A DNA stretch of 62,918 nt, counting the filler, from Rhabdomonas costata (lineage: Eukaryota): the NCBI GenBank assembly GCA_019059605.1. It is 21 parts of 21 records of this genome, joined end to end, with 100 filler letters (N's around TTAATTAATTAA, not from the genome) between each part and the next. Parts side by side here need not be neighbours in the genome. Positions count along the whole stretch, not along the records: positions 36,053 to 38,945 come from JAHMHO010001795.1; positions 39,046 to 41,938 come from JAHMHO010001796.1; positions 42,039 to 44,932 come from JAHMHO010001797.1; positions 45,033 to 47,924 come from JAHMHO010001798.1; positions 48,025 to 50,916 come from JAHMHO010001799.1; 16 more parts are not named here. The stretch is one strand, 5' to 3'. Positions 38,661-50,916 of this stretch are shown piece by piece (within the stretch, counting starts at the first letter, position 1; every line of letters begins with the position of its first letter). The position numbers and the translations under genes are program-made. The notes beneath the pieces were generated by a model that was given only the letters and a program-made list of their open reading frames with translations, was not told where the DNA came from and searched no databases.

Positions 38661-39368
38661 TCGTCTTGTCGACTCGTCATGTTTGAAAACGAAAGTTCAC
38701 CCAATCAAAGAAATGGTTGTCAATGTCATGTCATGCTTAACCTGTGTACCCCTCTGCCACTGTCAAGCAAGCGGTTGCCTTACTTCGTCATCATTCGTAA
38801 ATTTGTGGATGTGTATGTGGTCTTAATAGCAGCGCCTTGTTGTGCACCTGGCCTCTTGCCGCTGATGTTCATCGGAGAGAAGGGGGGCTGCATTTCCTCA
38901 CAGTGCTTCGGTCGATGAACTTTGAGGAAATGCAGCCCCCCACAANNNNNNNNNNNNNNNNNNNNNNNNNNNNNNNNNNNNNNNNNNNNTTAATTAATTA
39001 ANNNNNNNNNNNNNNNNNNNNNNNNNNNNNNNNNNNNNNNNNNNNTAAAGGAACATCAAAACATATTCTTGGACACCACCCTGGCAGCTTAGAACGCCAA
39101 GCCCGGTCAGTGGGGCACTGATTCCCTCAAAAAAGATACAGTGGCGCTCACAGAAGTAGCTTCCGCTGTTCCTCAAAATGCAAATGTTCACCGCGATAAC
39201 ACCGACGAACGCTGAAAAAGTTCTCCTAATATCGCATCTGGAAAACAGCTTCGCTTTGAAGTGAAGCTTTGGAACGCTAAAAGATGCAATTGTCCACATG
39301 TAGGACTTGATGCGAACCAACAACTGCAGTTCATCGAACAGAAAACGAGGAAAACGAGTTACCCATAC

Positions 39369-41594
39369 CAGGAAGATGTGCTCCACAAGCTTCGCCTCAA
39401 ACATCTCCGCGGCCCGCAGCTTCCACTCCTCGCGCCTTTCGTGGGCGAGAAGCCTCCAGGCAAGGCCTTTTATGCAGGGGTTGGGTGCACGAGAATTGCC
39501 AGCGCATCGAAAAAAAAATAGGCCCAAAACTGAAAGCACTTAGCTGTGCTGAGCAGAAGCGACTGCATTTTTGTATGGAAAAAGCACAGAAAGATTAATG
39601 GTGAGCAAAAAATCTGCAAGTCCTTAGATTAGGATTCTCGTAAAAACCTGTCCCACTCAATCGCAGCAGCTCAGCAACGAATCCAATAGTCCACAAGAGC
39701 AAAACAAAAAAGGTTTCCTGGTCCTAACGAACGAACGAACGAACGGACGAAACATTTGACCCCACCCCGCAATACCAGCTGGCCTCCAAACACAAATGCT
39801 CCCCCGCAAGCAGTGCACAAGCATGGGACGTACCACAAGAGCGCATGCGCTCAGTCGACGTGAAGCCCGCCATTTCTGGCCGCGCGTTGAAGTACTTTCG
39901 AAACAGGGCGAATCCGGTGAGCATATGGATCTGTGACAGTAGGAGAGCGCAAATGGGAAGCTTCCACAGACGATGCACACAGATGGCTGCTACAAGGCAT
40001 CACCATCGCGCATCCGCCACTATTACACATATAGCGAGGGGCACAGGGGTAATCTCTCAGGTCAACGTGTTGGGATTGTGTGGTTCTTGGGATACTTATC
40101 ACACTTATCACCACCCCTGTAAATACATCACCAAACTTCGACGGTTTAATAGTGTAACGTTTAACTAAACTATTTGTACCACCACCGCGGCATCGCGAAA
40201 GTAAAAAACCTTACTCGTTCGGCAAACTCCGAAGACGCGGTTTTCCCTTATCGATGATGCAACCTACGAAGTGAGTCACAAATTTTTGTGGCTCAGAAAA
40301 GACAAACATGTCCAAATATGTTTCTGGGTGAGGGTGTTTCTGGGTGCTTGCCCTTGTGTCGCCGTAAGCCATCGAGGCCACCTGCCACCACTTCACATAA
40401 TAATTGCATTGTTGCGTCCAAGGTCATGAAGACGCACACCACACGACATCACCAAATGGAAGCGTAGGGAAAGAGATGGAAAGAATGCATTGAAGGGAGG
40501 AGGGCGGGACAATTGCAAACCGTCTGCTTTCCTTCACGTTTGCTTTCATCAGACTCCTTGGTGGGATTCTTCTTCTTCCTCCCGCTCTTGGCACGGGGGC
40601 GATCCTTCGCGGTAGACTCGCATCCCTCGGTGTTCGGTGTGGCACCGGGACTTTCATTCTGGGGAATGGCACCATCCTCGGACACTGGTCTGGAAGTGAA
40701 ACAATTCGTCGAAGAGGCTTCCTCTTTCGCATCCTTCAGCGTGACTGTGGGACTGCTCTTCCCAGAGGAATCCTCACTCGGTGAGGCTGCCTCTTTTGCT
40801 GCCTTTCGCTTTGTGCTGGAACGTTTTTTCAGAGGAATCTTCTCTCTTTCAGACTTTGTGGGCGCCTCTGCATTCCTCTGGTGTGACGCATCCGCTTCCT
40901 GGGCTGTCGGCTCACCACTGGAGCTCTGCTTCGCGGGGGCTTCTTCGCTCTCTGCGGTAAGATTGACATCGGAACTCTTGCTCGGGAAGGAATCCGCATT
41001 GTTCGCGCACACCTCAGTGGCTCTGGCACTTGAGCCCTGGTTCACCGACTCGCTGCAGGAACCGTCCGCCAAAGAAGAAGTCACATTTTCCAAATGTGGC
41101 ACAGCAACATCAATCTTCACCCTGAGCCCAGCTCCAGCCACGCCAGGCGCGTTACCGAGACTCTCCTTCGAAACAGCCTCAACCACGTCAGTGGTCGGTT
41201 CGGTACTTGAGCCCTGGTCTAGAGTTTCTCCTCGGGAACTGTTCGCTGTCGAGGCAACAACATCATCCAAATGTGGCACAGCAACAGCAATCTTCACCCC
41301 AGGCTCAGCTCCGTGGGGCGCGGCGCTGGCACTCTCCTTTGAAGTAACCTCACCGACCTCAGAAATTCGAATGGGTCTGACACCCCGGTTCGGAGTGGTG
41401 CGGGAAGGCTTCGTCGGTGAGGCAGCCGCATCATCCAAATGTGGCAGAGCAACGCTAATCTGCAAAGGGGGCACAGCTCCAGCCTCATGGGGTGTGGTGT
41501 CTTCGGTCGAATAACTCCGAGTGGGCCTGGAGAAAGCCAGAGCGCCGGGGATGGCTCTGACTCCCATCCCACCAAACCGTAGTAGTCGCAACAT
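39369..41594 (-). CDS. HMG-box protein with a putative mitochondrial presequence and three internal repeats
   Basis: Starts MLRLLRFGGMGVRAIPGALAFSRPTRSYS. Later exons 39849-39930 and 39369-39466 splice to MLTGFALFRKYFNARPEMAGFTSTE|RLAWRLLAHERREEWKLRAAEMFE. Confidence 0.65.
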
Positions 41595-42494
41595 GCCGGA
41601 GAAAAAGAGAAGAGTGTCAGGAGAATTTCATCCCTCCCTTGCCTCGCCCTATCCCGCTCAAAAACCAAACAAAAAGACAGCAGCTGAATGGGGTAACAAA
41701 AAGGGTAACAAGATGACTCGACCTGCAGACAATAATGAGAAGCAATTCATGCATGTGCATCACCCATCTGCACAGAGTTGTGAAAGACAAAAACAATGCA
41801 CCAGAATGGAAAATATAAGGATGCTACAAAAAACCAAAATCAAAGAAACAAAGTCATGAAATCCTCCTTCCGGTTCAGTATTAACATTTACTCGACATTA
41901 ACATTTAACAGATTCACTCGTCGAAGACCCACCACAACNNNNNNNNNNNNNNNNNNNNNNNNNNNNNNNNNNNNNNNNNNNNTTAATTAATTAANNNNNN
42001 NNNNNNNNNNNNNNNNNNNNNNNNNNNNNNNNNNNNNNTGTGTGGGGTGTTCCGAATTCCTTGAGTTTTTGATATTATAATACCGCGGTAGCGTTGAACC
42101 GCTGGCTACTTTGGTGTGCGTCATTTTTGACGGATAAGGTTCTGAGTTGCAGGTTGTTCTGAGTTTACCGTGTAACCTGCTGTAGGTTCATCCTTCACAA
42201 ACGGTCCCTGCTGATCTGTGCTTTGTGGAGTTGGTAACCATCCACGTCATCACTATTTTACGCACTTTTTTCTCTTCAGACCGAGGCTCTTCCTTTCGAC
42301 ACCCTCCTACCCTTCCATTGGTAAGAGTGGGGAAGAAAATATGCGGTGACAGAATCACTGGTTAGTTGACCACCTCAATTCCCAGCTTCCAACGCTGTGA
42401 GGGTTTCCAAAAAAAAATACTTCAGAAATGCATTTTGGTGTTTACCAAAATATGGATTTGGTAAATGCACGGGCGCCCTTCTCTTTGTACCCAG

Positions 42495-44522
42495 AGCACC
42501 TCTACTTCTTCTTCCGCGTGGCTACGGAGGATCGCTTTCGGCAGTACGATGAGAAGCAACTCCACAACGACCTCTTGGACTTCGATCTCGTCGACGTGTG
42601 CGCTCGGCCTCCCCTCCCCTTGCCCTGACCCGCCCGTTTCTGATGTTCTGTATTCGGCCTTCACTTCCACACTACGGACTTGCCTGCTAGTAGTTCAGCA
42701 AGGAGCAGATTCGGCAGTGCTCATTGGGAATCCTGTCCTTCAAAGAGTTGGCATCGTGACGTTTAGGAAATGCTGTTTCATGAATGATCGCAGCGTGCTT
42801 TGGTTGTGCCCTTATTCCACGCAGTGGTAATAGGACGCTTGACGACATAACTCTGCTAGGTTTTGGTCAGAGGATCCGATGAATCGAGAGCTGATAAGGG
42901 CTACCGTCTCGCTCGCCTCACCTTACCAACCCCCTTTACTGACTGGTGCAGGATGGCTTCCGGTTCTCCAAGCGGGAAACCTGGGGCAACTTTAAGCTGT
43001 TCGTCTCGAAGCGATACAACGTACCCGTGGACCGAATGAGGTTTCTTGGTCCACCCGACTTCAGTTGTTTCCTCATTGAGGCGTTCCGCCTCGGCTTTTT
43101 GCTAGTCGTGGATTTGAGTTTGATTTCGAAAGTTGACTTTCTGAGTTTGTCATTAGAATAAATGATTATCTGCGTTGAGTTATAGCTCCACAACGTGGGG
43201 AGTACCGACAGAAATTAGTTTCGTTTCCTAGTGCGCGAAAAGAATGAGGAAATCGCGTTGAAAAGCGGGTCGCGAAAACGGAAGATGAAAGTCGATTGAA
43301 GCGAATTGCGAATCGCTTCTCTTCTTTTCCAGCTTCTCAGCGTCTCCACCCCAAACAGTTCTGAAAAAAGAATGCCTGTCCATCGTGCATGCGTGTGTCG
43401 ATCCCGGGGAAGTGGTGCAAACCACGAGTCTGGTTTTCCCGGCGTACAGGCTGTGGAAGTGGAGCAAGAGGAACAACCGCACGTATCGGCCGGACACTTT
43501 GCTGGGCTGCTCACGCTCCAACCCAGACGCCGCCGGTGCGTGTGCGTGCCTCGTTTTTTATTCGTATGCGGTTACCGTGAAACCGCGTCGGAATTCTACC
43601 GAGCTCTTGGTTCGAATCCAGCGATGCAGAAGCTCTTTAACGTTTCTGCTTGTCTCTGATGTCAATCGCCTATTGGATGGTTATTTCACTGATGCTGGCG
43701 GGCACAATGAACTACGGCGGTTGAATAGGCAGGGTCTAGAATGGGGACAGGACGGGACAGGTGCCACTTTTTATCCTTCCTCTTCTATGAGCACAACCCA
43801 GAGCTAAGAATGGGTCTTCCCGTCTCCAGCAGAGTCAGGGGGAGCCTGTGGTGTTGTGGTTCACGCAGTGTTACGTGATATCCTGAAGGAGGTTCAGGTT
43901 CACTCTCAGGAGAAGGTCGACCTCTTCCTGCAGACCTCATGCCCGCGAGTCCCGGACAACGTGTGTCTGTGCGTCTGTGTTACTAAAGCACCCCCTGCCC
44001 TCCCATCTCCGGTACCTCATCTTTACTACGTCTAACCTGATGAATACGATCAATGTCACGTTAAGGTTGGGAGGACCATCAGGGCCACCGCTCTCTGTAT
44101 CCTCTCTGTATGGACCACAACTCTGTATGTAGAAAGTTGAGCGTTTGGTGAAAGAATTCCTCCCGGAATGTGTGCAGCGATCTTTTCACCGCACAGTCAT
44201 GAGGCTGCCCAACAGTGGGTGGGTTTTGACCATGTGATGATCTGCCTTTTCGTCTGCCTTGTTCTTGGGTAGCTTCTGGAGAGGTTCTGGGATATCCGCA
44301 GCGCCCAATCTCCTCTTCCACGTCAAGTTCAACGCATTCCTTCGACTTGCCACACCCTACTCTGATTTGGCTACACTTTCCTCACTTTACCCATGGAAAC
44401 AGGATGATATGTTTTCCCCATTGATATACATTCTCCCAGGTTCCATTTGAGTTTCCCCCAGCTTCGGAAGACCAGGTTTTCATCCTGCTGAAGTACTACG
44501 ACCCACGAGCAGCAAGGCTTTC
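42495..44522 (+). CDS. USP7: Ubiquitin-specific protease USP7/UBP12-like, C-terminal UBL region, 5 exons
   Basis: EHLYFFFRVATED...DLLDFD|...FRFSKRETWGNFK...VPVDRMR|LWKWSKRNNRTYRP|...|VFILLKYYDP. Confidence 0.85.
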
Positions 44523-45645
44523 GTATGCTTGTATTCGTACGTTATTCTTGGCCGATGGCGAAATTGAAGAACCGGGATGGAGTTTAAACCGTGTATGTTG
44601 GTGGCGGGTGGTGGTCGTGAAGGTAAAGCTTGAGGTGGTCGTAGTTGGGTTGGGTTGGTCGTAGTAAGGGTAACACTGATGTGATTTTCTTCCAAAAACG
44701 TTGCCTTTCCTTCGGAAACTTTCGTTTCTCGGCCCACCCGGGAGAAGACCAGAAGCACGCAAACTTTTCTGGTACTTGCACCATCCATTAGGATTGTGTA
44801 CAGCATTGTTGCCGTGGCAGTTCGAAGCTGCAGGTTCAGGTAGGGAGAGAGATTGAGAGAGACAGAGAGAGACAGAGAGAGAAGAATGGATGGGCAAAAA
44901 AGGTGGGAAGGGAATATAGAAAGACTAGCAGTNNNNNNNNNNNNNNNNNNNNNNNNNNNNNNNNNNNNNNNNNNNNTTAATTAATTAANNNNNNNNNNNN
45001 NNNNNNNNNNNNNNNNNNNNNNNNNNNNNNNNTGTTGGTTTTCTTTCATGATCGAAATGTGAAGACTTCTCTTGGTGAATTCATAAGAACTTGACTTTCT
45101 TTTGAATGCTCGTGCCACTTTGTGATATCGCAGTCGTGTCCAGACATCTTTTTGAAAGAGAGCGAACTGATATGAAGGTTGGCACGGATTTTTTCACACT
45201 GAAATCTGATTTCTGGTTTTCTGCGATTTGGGTGGAAGGGTGGAATTTGATGAAATTGGGCGGACACATGGGAGTTCCTGGCTGTCTGCGTCTGGGCTCC
45301 TTTGGGGACTGTGAGCTGCAGCGGGGTGGAGAATTGCAGTTGTCAATGTGGAACCGTGGTTTGTAGCTTTTGCACCGAACCCGTCCGTCTGACACGCGGA
45401 AGAAATTTGCGGAACCCTGTGTGCTGTGTTTTGCGGCACCAGCTGCACGCGCAAATAAAGCGGCTGGGCGGCGGATTAGTAGTGGGGCATGCCGTCTCCT
45501 CGCAATTGTACATTCTACGTCGACAATCCCATCTTGTAATCAGTGTCAGGGATTTTTACTTTTGGTTTCAGGCGGTCGCCTTTACATCGCTCGTACCAAT
45601 GACGGTGTCCATTTTCGTACTTTTTCTTAACAGCGTTTTCTTTCA

Positions 45646-47887
45646 ATGATGCACGTTTTGATATCATGCTTTCCTAGAGTGCTTCCAAGTGCTAGGCTTA
45701 CCCCGTCTCTCTTTCATATTTTCCTTCTTCTTTTACCATTCGTCCGAGCGGACTCTTTCGCCTCGAAAATTTCAATTACCAGCACACCCCGAACCATCGC
45801 CCTGGTGTGCGAGCAGTGTAATGAAGCCGATGTATGGTACAATGTGCTCAGCCTGCAGGCTTCCCAACTAGCGTCTGCCATCCCGGACGTTACTGTGCAG
45901 TGTTACAATGCCAGCGGCTATGCAGAAGCCCTGAGCTCAGTTCCGTTTGTTGTAGTGGCGGTTCCTGCGCTGACAACGCTGTCTCCGCTCACCACCGAAG
46001 CTGCGCGGCAAGGAGTTCCCGTTGTAGTCGCCGGGCCTTCAACTGCTGCCCCCACCCACACCACGGTACAAGTGTGGCCCAGTGCCCGGGACCTTCTTCG
46101 ATCCGCTCTGCTTGTTCTGACAAACATGGGGATCGCGGACATTGGAATTATGTATCACAACGGAAGTCTTGGGGTGTCGCTTGGCCTTGAGTTGGTGTCT
46201 CTCCTGACAGAGATGGGGCTCACGCTATGCAGCAGCTCTTCGTTTTCGGAGGCCACGGTGGTCCAGGCTGTGCAGAACTTCAGCACCACAGCGGAGCCCT
46301 TTACTTGCGCTGGGGTGATCGTGTTTGGAACCTCCGCCGAGATTGCTGCTGTGGTCAACGCTACCCTGCAGCAGCAAGCTGCGGCTCCCGAGTTTGTGGC
46401 CGTGGGACCGCAGCACTTTGTGTCTTTGCAAGGAATGCTCAGCACTACCGCGCAAGATAAGGTGTGGGTTGTGCATGAGATCCCACCCGGCACTTCAGCC
46501 TCAGTGACGGGCTGTGAGGCGCTTTCCTTGGAGTGGTGTCAGAGCGTGCTTGCTCTAGACCTGATTTCTTACGTTTTGAATTCTTCCGGCGGAGGCAGCA
46601 CTACTTTTTTGGCCTTTTTGTATTCCCTACCCTCGGATTTTACCTTGGACGAGATACCGCTGCAATTCTCGGATAGCTGCCCGGAAGCCATCTCCACGCT
46701 GTGGAGCACTCCGCTTTCCTCGGCTTCCACCGGCACCGTTTCCTCCTTTTCACTGCCGCGGTGCTGGTGTGAGGCTGGAAATTCCTCGTCTCCGATGGTC
46801 CTTCCGAAGTTCCTGGTTTTCGGACAATTGATGTCTACGCAGACTGCTGCAACCAACATCTCGGCAGGAGTGATGGCCGCCTTCGCCTCGCAAAACGCGC
46901 GCGGAGGAGTTCATGGGTATATGCTGCATGCTCTGCCGCTTCCTTTGCTTGGAATCGGGGGTGTTTCTTCCGAATCGTTGATTCGTGCCTTTATCCGACG
47001 CGGAATCCATAGCATCGTTGGCGTCTCGGGGTCCACTGGACAAGTTGTTGAAGTAGCTAGGGTGGCTGCCTCTTTGGAGGTTCCTTTGATAGGAGCTCAG
47101 TCTGGGGCTTTGGCTTTGCAGCAGCCGTATTCCCCTTTTGTGGTCAATCTTCGAGCATCGTACCGTGATGAGATTGCTGCGCAGATCACCTTTCTGCACA
47201 AATTCACCCCATACACACGGGTTTCTCTTGTGTTCCAAAATGATTCGATGGAGCAGAGCATTTTGGGAGTGGTTCAGGCCTTGTTGGTTGAAGTGGGCCT
47301 CAACCTTATCAGTAGTGCGGCGGTGCAGCCCAACGGCAGTTCCAATGCCAGCGCTTTGGCGCTGAGCGCAGTTCTTCAGGACGCTGGCCTGCTTCCCCCA
47401 GAGGTGGTCCTTGTGCACCTTGAGACTGCCCTGGCCGTGAGCCTTCTTGCCGTGGCTGCGACAGCTCTGTCCAGCTCTTGGCCTTTTTTTCTGTGCACCT
47501 CTCTGGCAAGCTTGACTCAGCTCCGGGGAAACATTCCGGCACCATTGGCGGTATTTACTACCAGCAACCTACCAGACCCGAGCCTTGGCATATCAGAGAG
47601 TTTTGTACAGAGCTATCTATCAAGTCTTCCTGACATTCTTTCTGCTGAGATGTTGTCCCTTGAGGCCTATTTTGATGCTCGATTCATGATCCAAGCGCTG
47701 CAGAGCGTTGAGGTGTCACAAATGCAGAACCGGTCGTTTCTCCCTGAGCTGCTTTCACGAGGCTTCGGAACTTTTCTTGACGGGTTCTCCACAGGTCCCT
47801 TTCATGGAGAGAATGTGAGTGGGGCTGCTTGCAACCAAGGCATGAGGGCAGTGTGGGTAATCCAGGTTTCTGGCACTGTTGGCCCGG
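45646..47887 (+). CDS. Large receptor-like ectodomain with signal peptide and tandem type-I periplasmic-binding (Venus flytrap) folds; 3'-truncated
   Basis: Open frame of about 750 codons with a hydrophobic leader, GVMAAFASQNARGGVHG, VPLIGAQSG, VVNLRASYRDE, RVSLVFQND and CNQGMRAVW. Confidence 0.8.
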
Positions 47888-48024
47888 GTATGCCCTCATG
47901 CCTTGGTTGCAAGCACCCCCCCCCNNNNNNNNNNNNNNNNNNNNNNNNNNNNNNNNNNNNNNNNNNNNTTAATTAATTAANNNNNNNNNNNNNNNNNNNN
48001 NNNNNNNNNNNNNNNNNNNNNNNN

Positions 48025-50916
48025 ACCCCGATCGCCCCCATTAGACCGGAGGTGCTGATGCGGGGCACGGACACCGGAGCAGCAACCCGACCCAAGTACA
48101 ACCCTGCGGATGCCCTTCGAGTTCCCAACGTCATCGACTTCATCTCCGAGAGGTTGTGGGGAACCCTTGCGGAGCCCTTGCCCCCGCTGCCGAAGTCCCT
48201 CGCCGGGAAGTGGAGAGGCAAGGTTGGGGTTCCCCGTGCGCTGGGCATGTGGGAGGACTTCCCGATGTGGCGTGTCTTCCTGCACCACCTGCGGTACAAG
48301 GTTGTGCTCTCTGGGCATTCCACGGCGGAACTCTTTGCGCAGGGCCTGGAGACGATCCCCTCGGATGTGATTTGCCTGCCAGCGAAGCTGCTTGGGGGGC
48401 ACATCATGAGCCTGTTGCGCACGGCCAAGTCTCGCCCCATGGACTTCATCTTCATGCCCTCCATCATCAAAAAGGGCTTGGAGGATCCCCTTGCCAACGA
48501 TGGGTTCAATTGTGGAATGGTTGCCAGCTGGGCTGAAGTGGTGCGAAACAACCTTCCAGGGGTCAGCTATACTCAGGAGGCGGAGTTCCCTCACAGGAAC
48601 ATCCTGAAGCTGAAGAAGAAGGAAGCTTCGGAGGACGAGGATTCCACCGGAGAGCTTCCCTTGATTGTGACTCCGGTGGTATTCACGCACTCCCTGGAGG
48701 CCATGGTCACTCCTCTGATGGAGGTTTTCCAGCATGTCGACCACTCAATTACCCGAGAGGAGATTCTTGAGGGGCTCATGCTTGGTCAAGCTGCGCAGAA
48801 GCGGTTCAAGGCGGACATTGTTGCGGAAGGGCAGCGCGCGATCTCGTGGGCCAAGGAGCACAACACCTTTGCGGTGGCCCTTGTGGGGCACCCCTACCAC
48901 TCCGACCATTTTGTGAATCACGGCTTGGGGGACGTGATTGCCTCCCTGGGGCACCCTGTAGTCGTGGAGAGGTGTCTGGCGGAAAAGGGCTTTTCTTACT
49001 TGGCCAAGTATCGCCCTCTGCGGATCCAGGACCAGTGGCCAAACATCACCCGAATCTTCGCGACGGCAGCGTACGTTGCGAACAGTTCGGATCCCATCGA
49101 GATGGTCCACGTCACTTCATTTGGCTGTGGCCTCGACGCCGTGGTTAATGACCAAGTCCGGGACATCGCCGAGTCCACGGGCAAGCTTTACATGCAAGTG
49201 AAGATTGACGAGATGAGCAACCTGGGTCCTGCCACTGTGCGAGTCCGCTCCCTAATTGCAGCCGTGAAGGCCAAGAAGCAGCCCACGGGCGGCTCAGCAG
49301 CAGGCGAAGCTCCTTCCGAGGCACCCTTCGATGTGGTGCCCAAGTCGGATTGTTCAGAGCCGGCGGAGAGCCTCTTTGACAAAGCTGCTGGGCGGCGGCA
49401 CGTGCCATGGAAACACAGCGCGATGTCGAACGAGTACGTCGTTTTGATCTCACCGCCCTCGATCCAGAACACGGAGCTAGCGTGTCATGCGATGCGGGGA
49501 ATCGACGGTTACCTTGTTATGACTCTTGATAAGCTGGACGATGACATCATGAGAGGAGGACAGCGCAGCATGCCTCAGGACATGTGCCTGCCTTGTCATG
49601 CCTTCTTTGGGATGTACCTGGACGCAATGAATCGTCTGAAGCAAGATGGATACAAGGTTGTTGGTGTTGCTGTTTGTCTCCTGCATCCGATTCTTTTGAT
49701 TCTTGTGGGCTTTCGACAATTTTGAGAAACGGGGACTCTCCACGGATGCACAACTGAGCTCCAAGCGTTTCAACAGATTTTGTGTGTATGTTCCCTGCGC
49801 TTCCTGTTCCTCCTTTTTCCAATTTCAGGTAGCGATGGGTACAGCTCAGATCCCGAACTCTTGCCGCGGGGGCAACTTCATTGGCATCTTTCTTCGGGGC
49901 CTGCAGAGGTCAGGGTATGGGGAGATCCCGTGGTGCAGCTGGTTCAGCAATGACCACGCCTTCCTGAAAATGCAGCTCTTGAGCCCTCTGTGCCTGTCGA
50001 AAGTTCTACTGGGGTCGTACTTTGCTGACCTCTTCAACAGGGTACTCTGTCGGACTCGGCCGTACGAGAAAGTCCCAGGTTCCGCGGAAGCCTTAGCGGA
50101 GCACCTGAAGCAGACCAAACTCGTTCCGTTCCTGTGCGATGGCTCCGGGCTTGGGTTTGCAACCTTCCGAAGGCTGATCTTCGAGATCGTGCAGGCCTTC
50201 GACGATCTTGAGCTGGACGAGAGCGGGCCCTCGCGGCCCAAGGTCGGGCTGCTGGGGGATGCCGTGGTGCAGTTCTGTGACCCAATCAATCGCTTCCTGA
50301 TTCGACAGGTGGAGCAGGAGGGAGGCGAGCTCGTGCCTTGCGACTTCATGAACTCCTTCTACTACCTTTGGGAGCAGCCTATTGTGAATGCGCAGCGGTT
50401 TGGGTCCTCGAAGCTTGTCGCTGCGTTCTGCCAGATCGCCCTGAAAGCCCAGGAGTACCTGCGGCAGCCGCTGCTTGACGCCCTGAGCGGCTCCAAGCGA
50501 TTTGACCGACCCCCTACCCACCATGAGCTGTGCACCGTGGAGCCCGTTATCGACCGAGCGAACTTCTTTGGCGATGGATGGATCCTGAGCGCGGAGATGG
50601 CCTTCAAGCTTGGCCCGGAGGGAGTGCGCAACCTCTTGGTGGTCCAGTCGTGGGGGTGCATGGGAAACCAGCTCGGGGGCCGGGGCTTCTTCAAGAGAGC
50701 CAAATCGCTGTACCCGGACTGCAACCTTGCGGCGATTGATTACGACCCGGCGATCAGCGAGACGAACATCCTGAACCGGCTGCGGTTGTTTATGGCGAAC
50801 GCGCAACGCCTAGAGGCCATGCGCAGGGCGATGAAGCCCAGGTGCCCGCTGGTTTCGATGCCTTCCACCGCTTCCTCAGGCCACTGCGCCGAGCACGTCC
50901 ATCATCAACCCACCCC
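48025..50916 (+). CDS. Bacterial-type 2-hydroxyacyl-CoA dehydratase/activase-related protein (DUF2229-type region plus dehydratase-like C-terminus), partial; intron 49657-49828
   Basis: KVGVPRALGMWEDFP, ETIPSDVICLPAK, GHPYHSD, TSFGCGLDAV, KIDEMSNLG, DMCLP, CRGGNFIG, RTRPYE, GDGWIL, QSWGCM, IDYDPAISETNILNRL. Confidence 0.88.

Noticed and set aside
40513-41514. 333-aa plus-strand ORF and many other overlapping ORFs in the track
   Set aside because: Antisense shadows of GC-rich coding exons or translations of microsatellites, with no motifs of their own.
45646-50916. PBP gene next to dehydratase gene as a bacterial operon or contaminant island
   Set aside because: They lie on different contigs joined by a linker, and the dehydratase gene has a spliceosomal-type intron.
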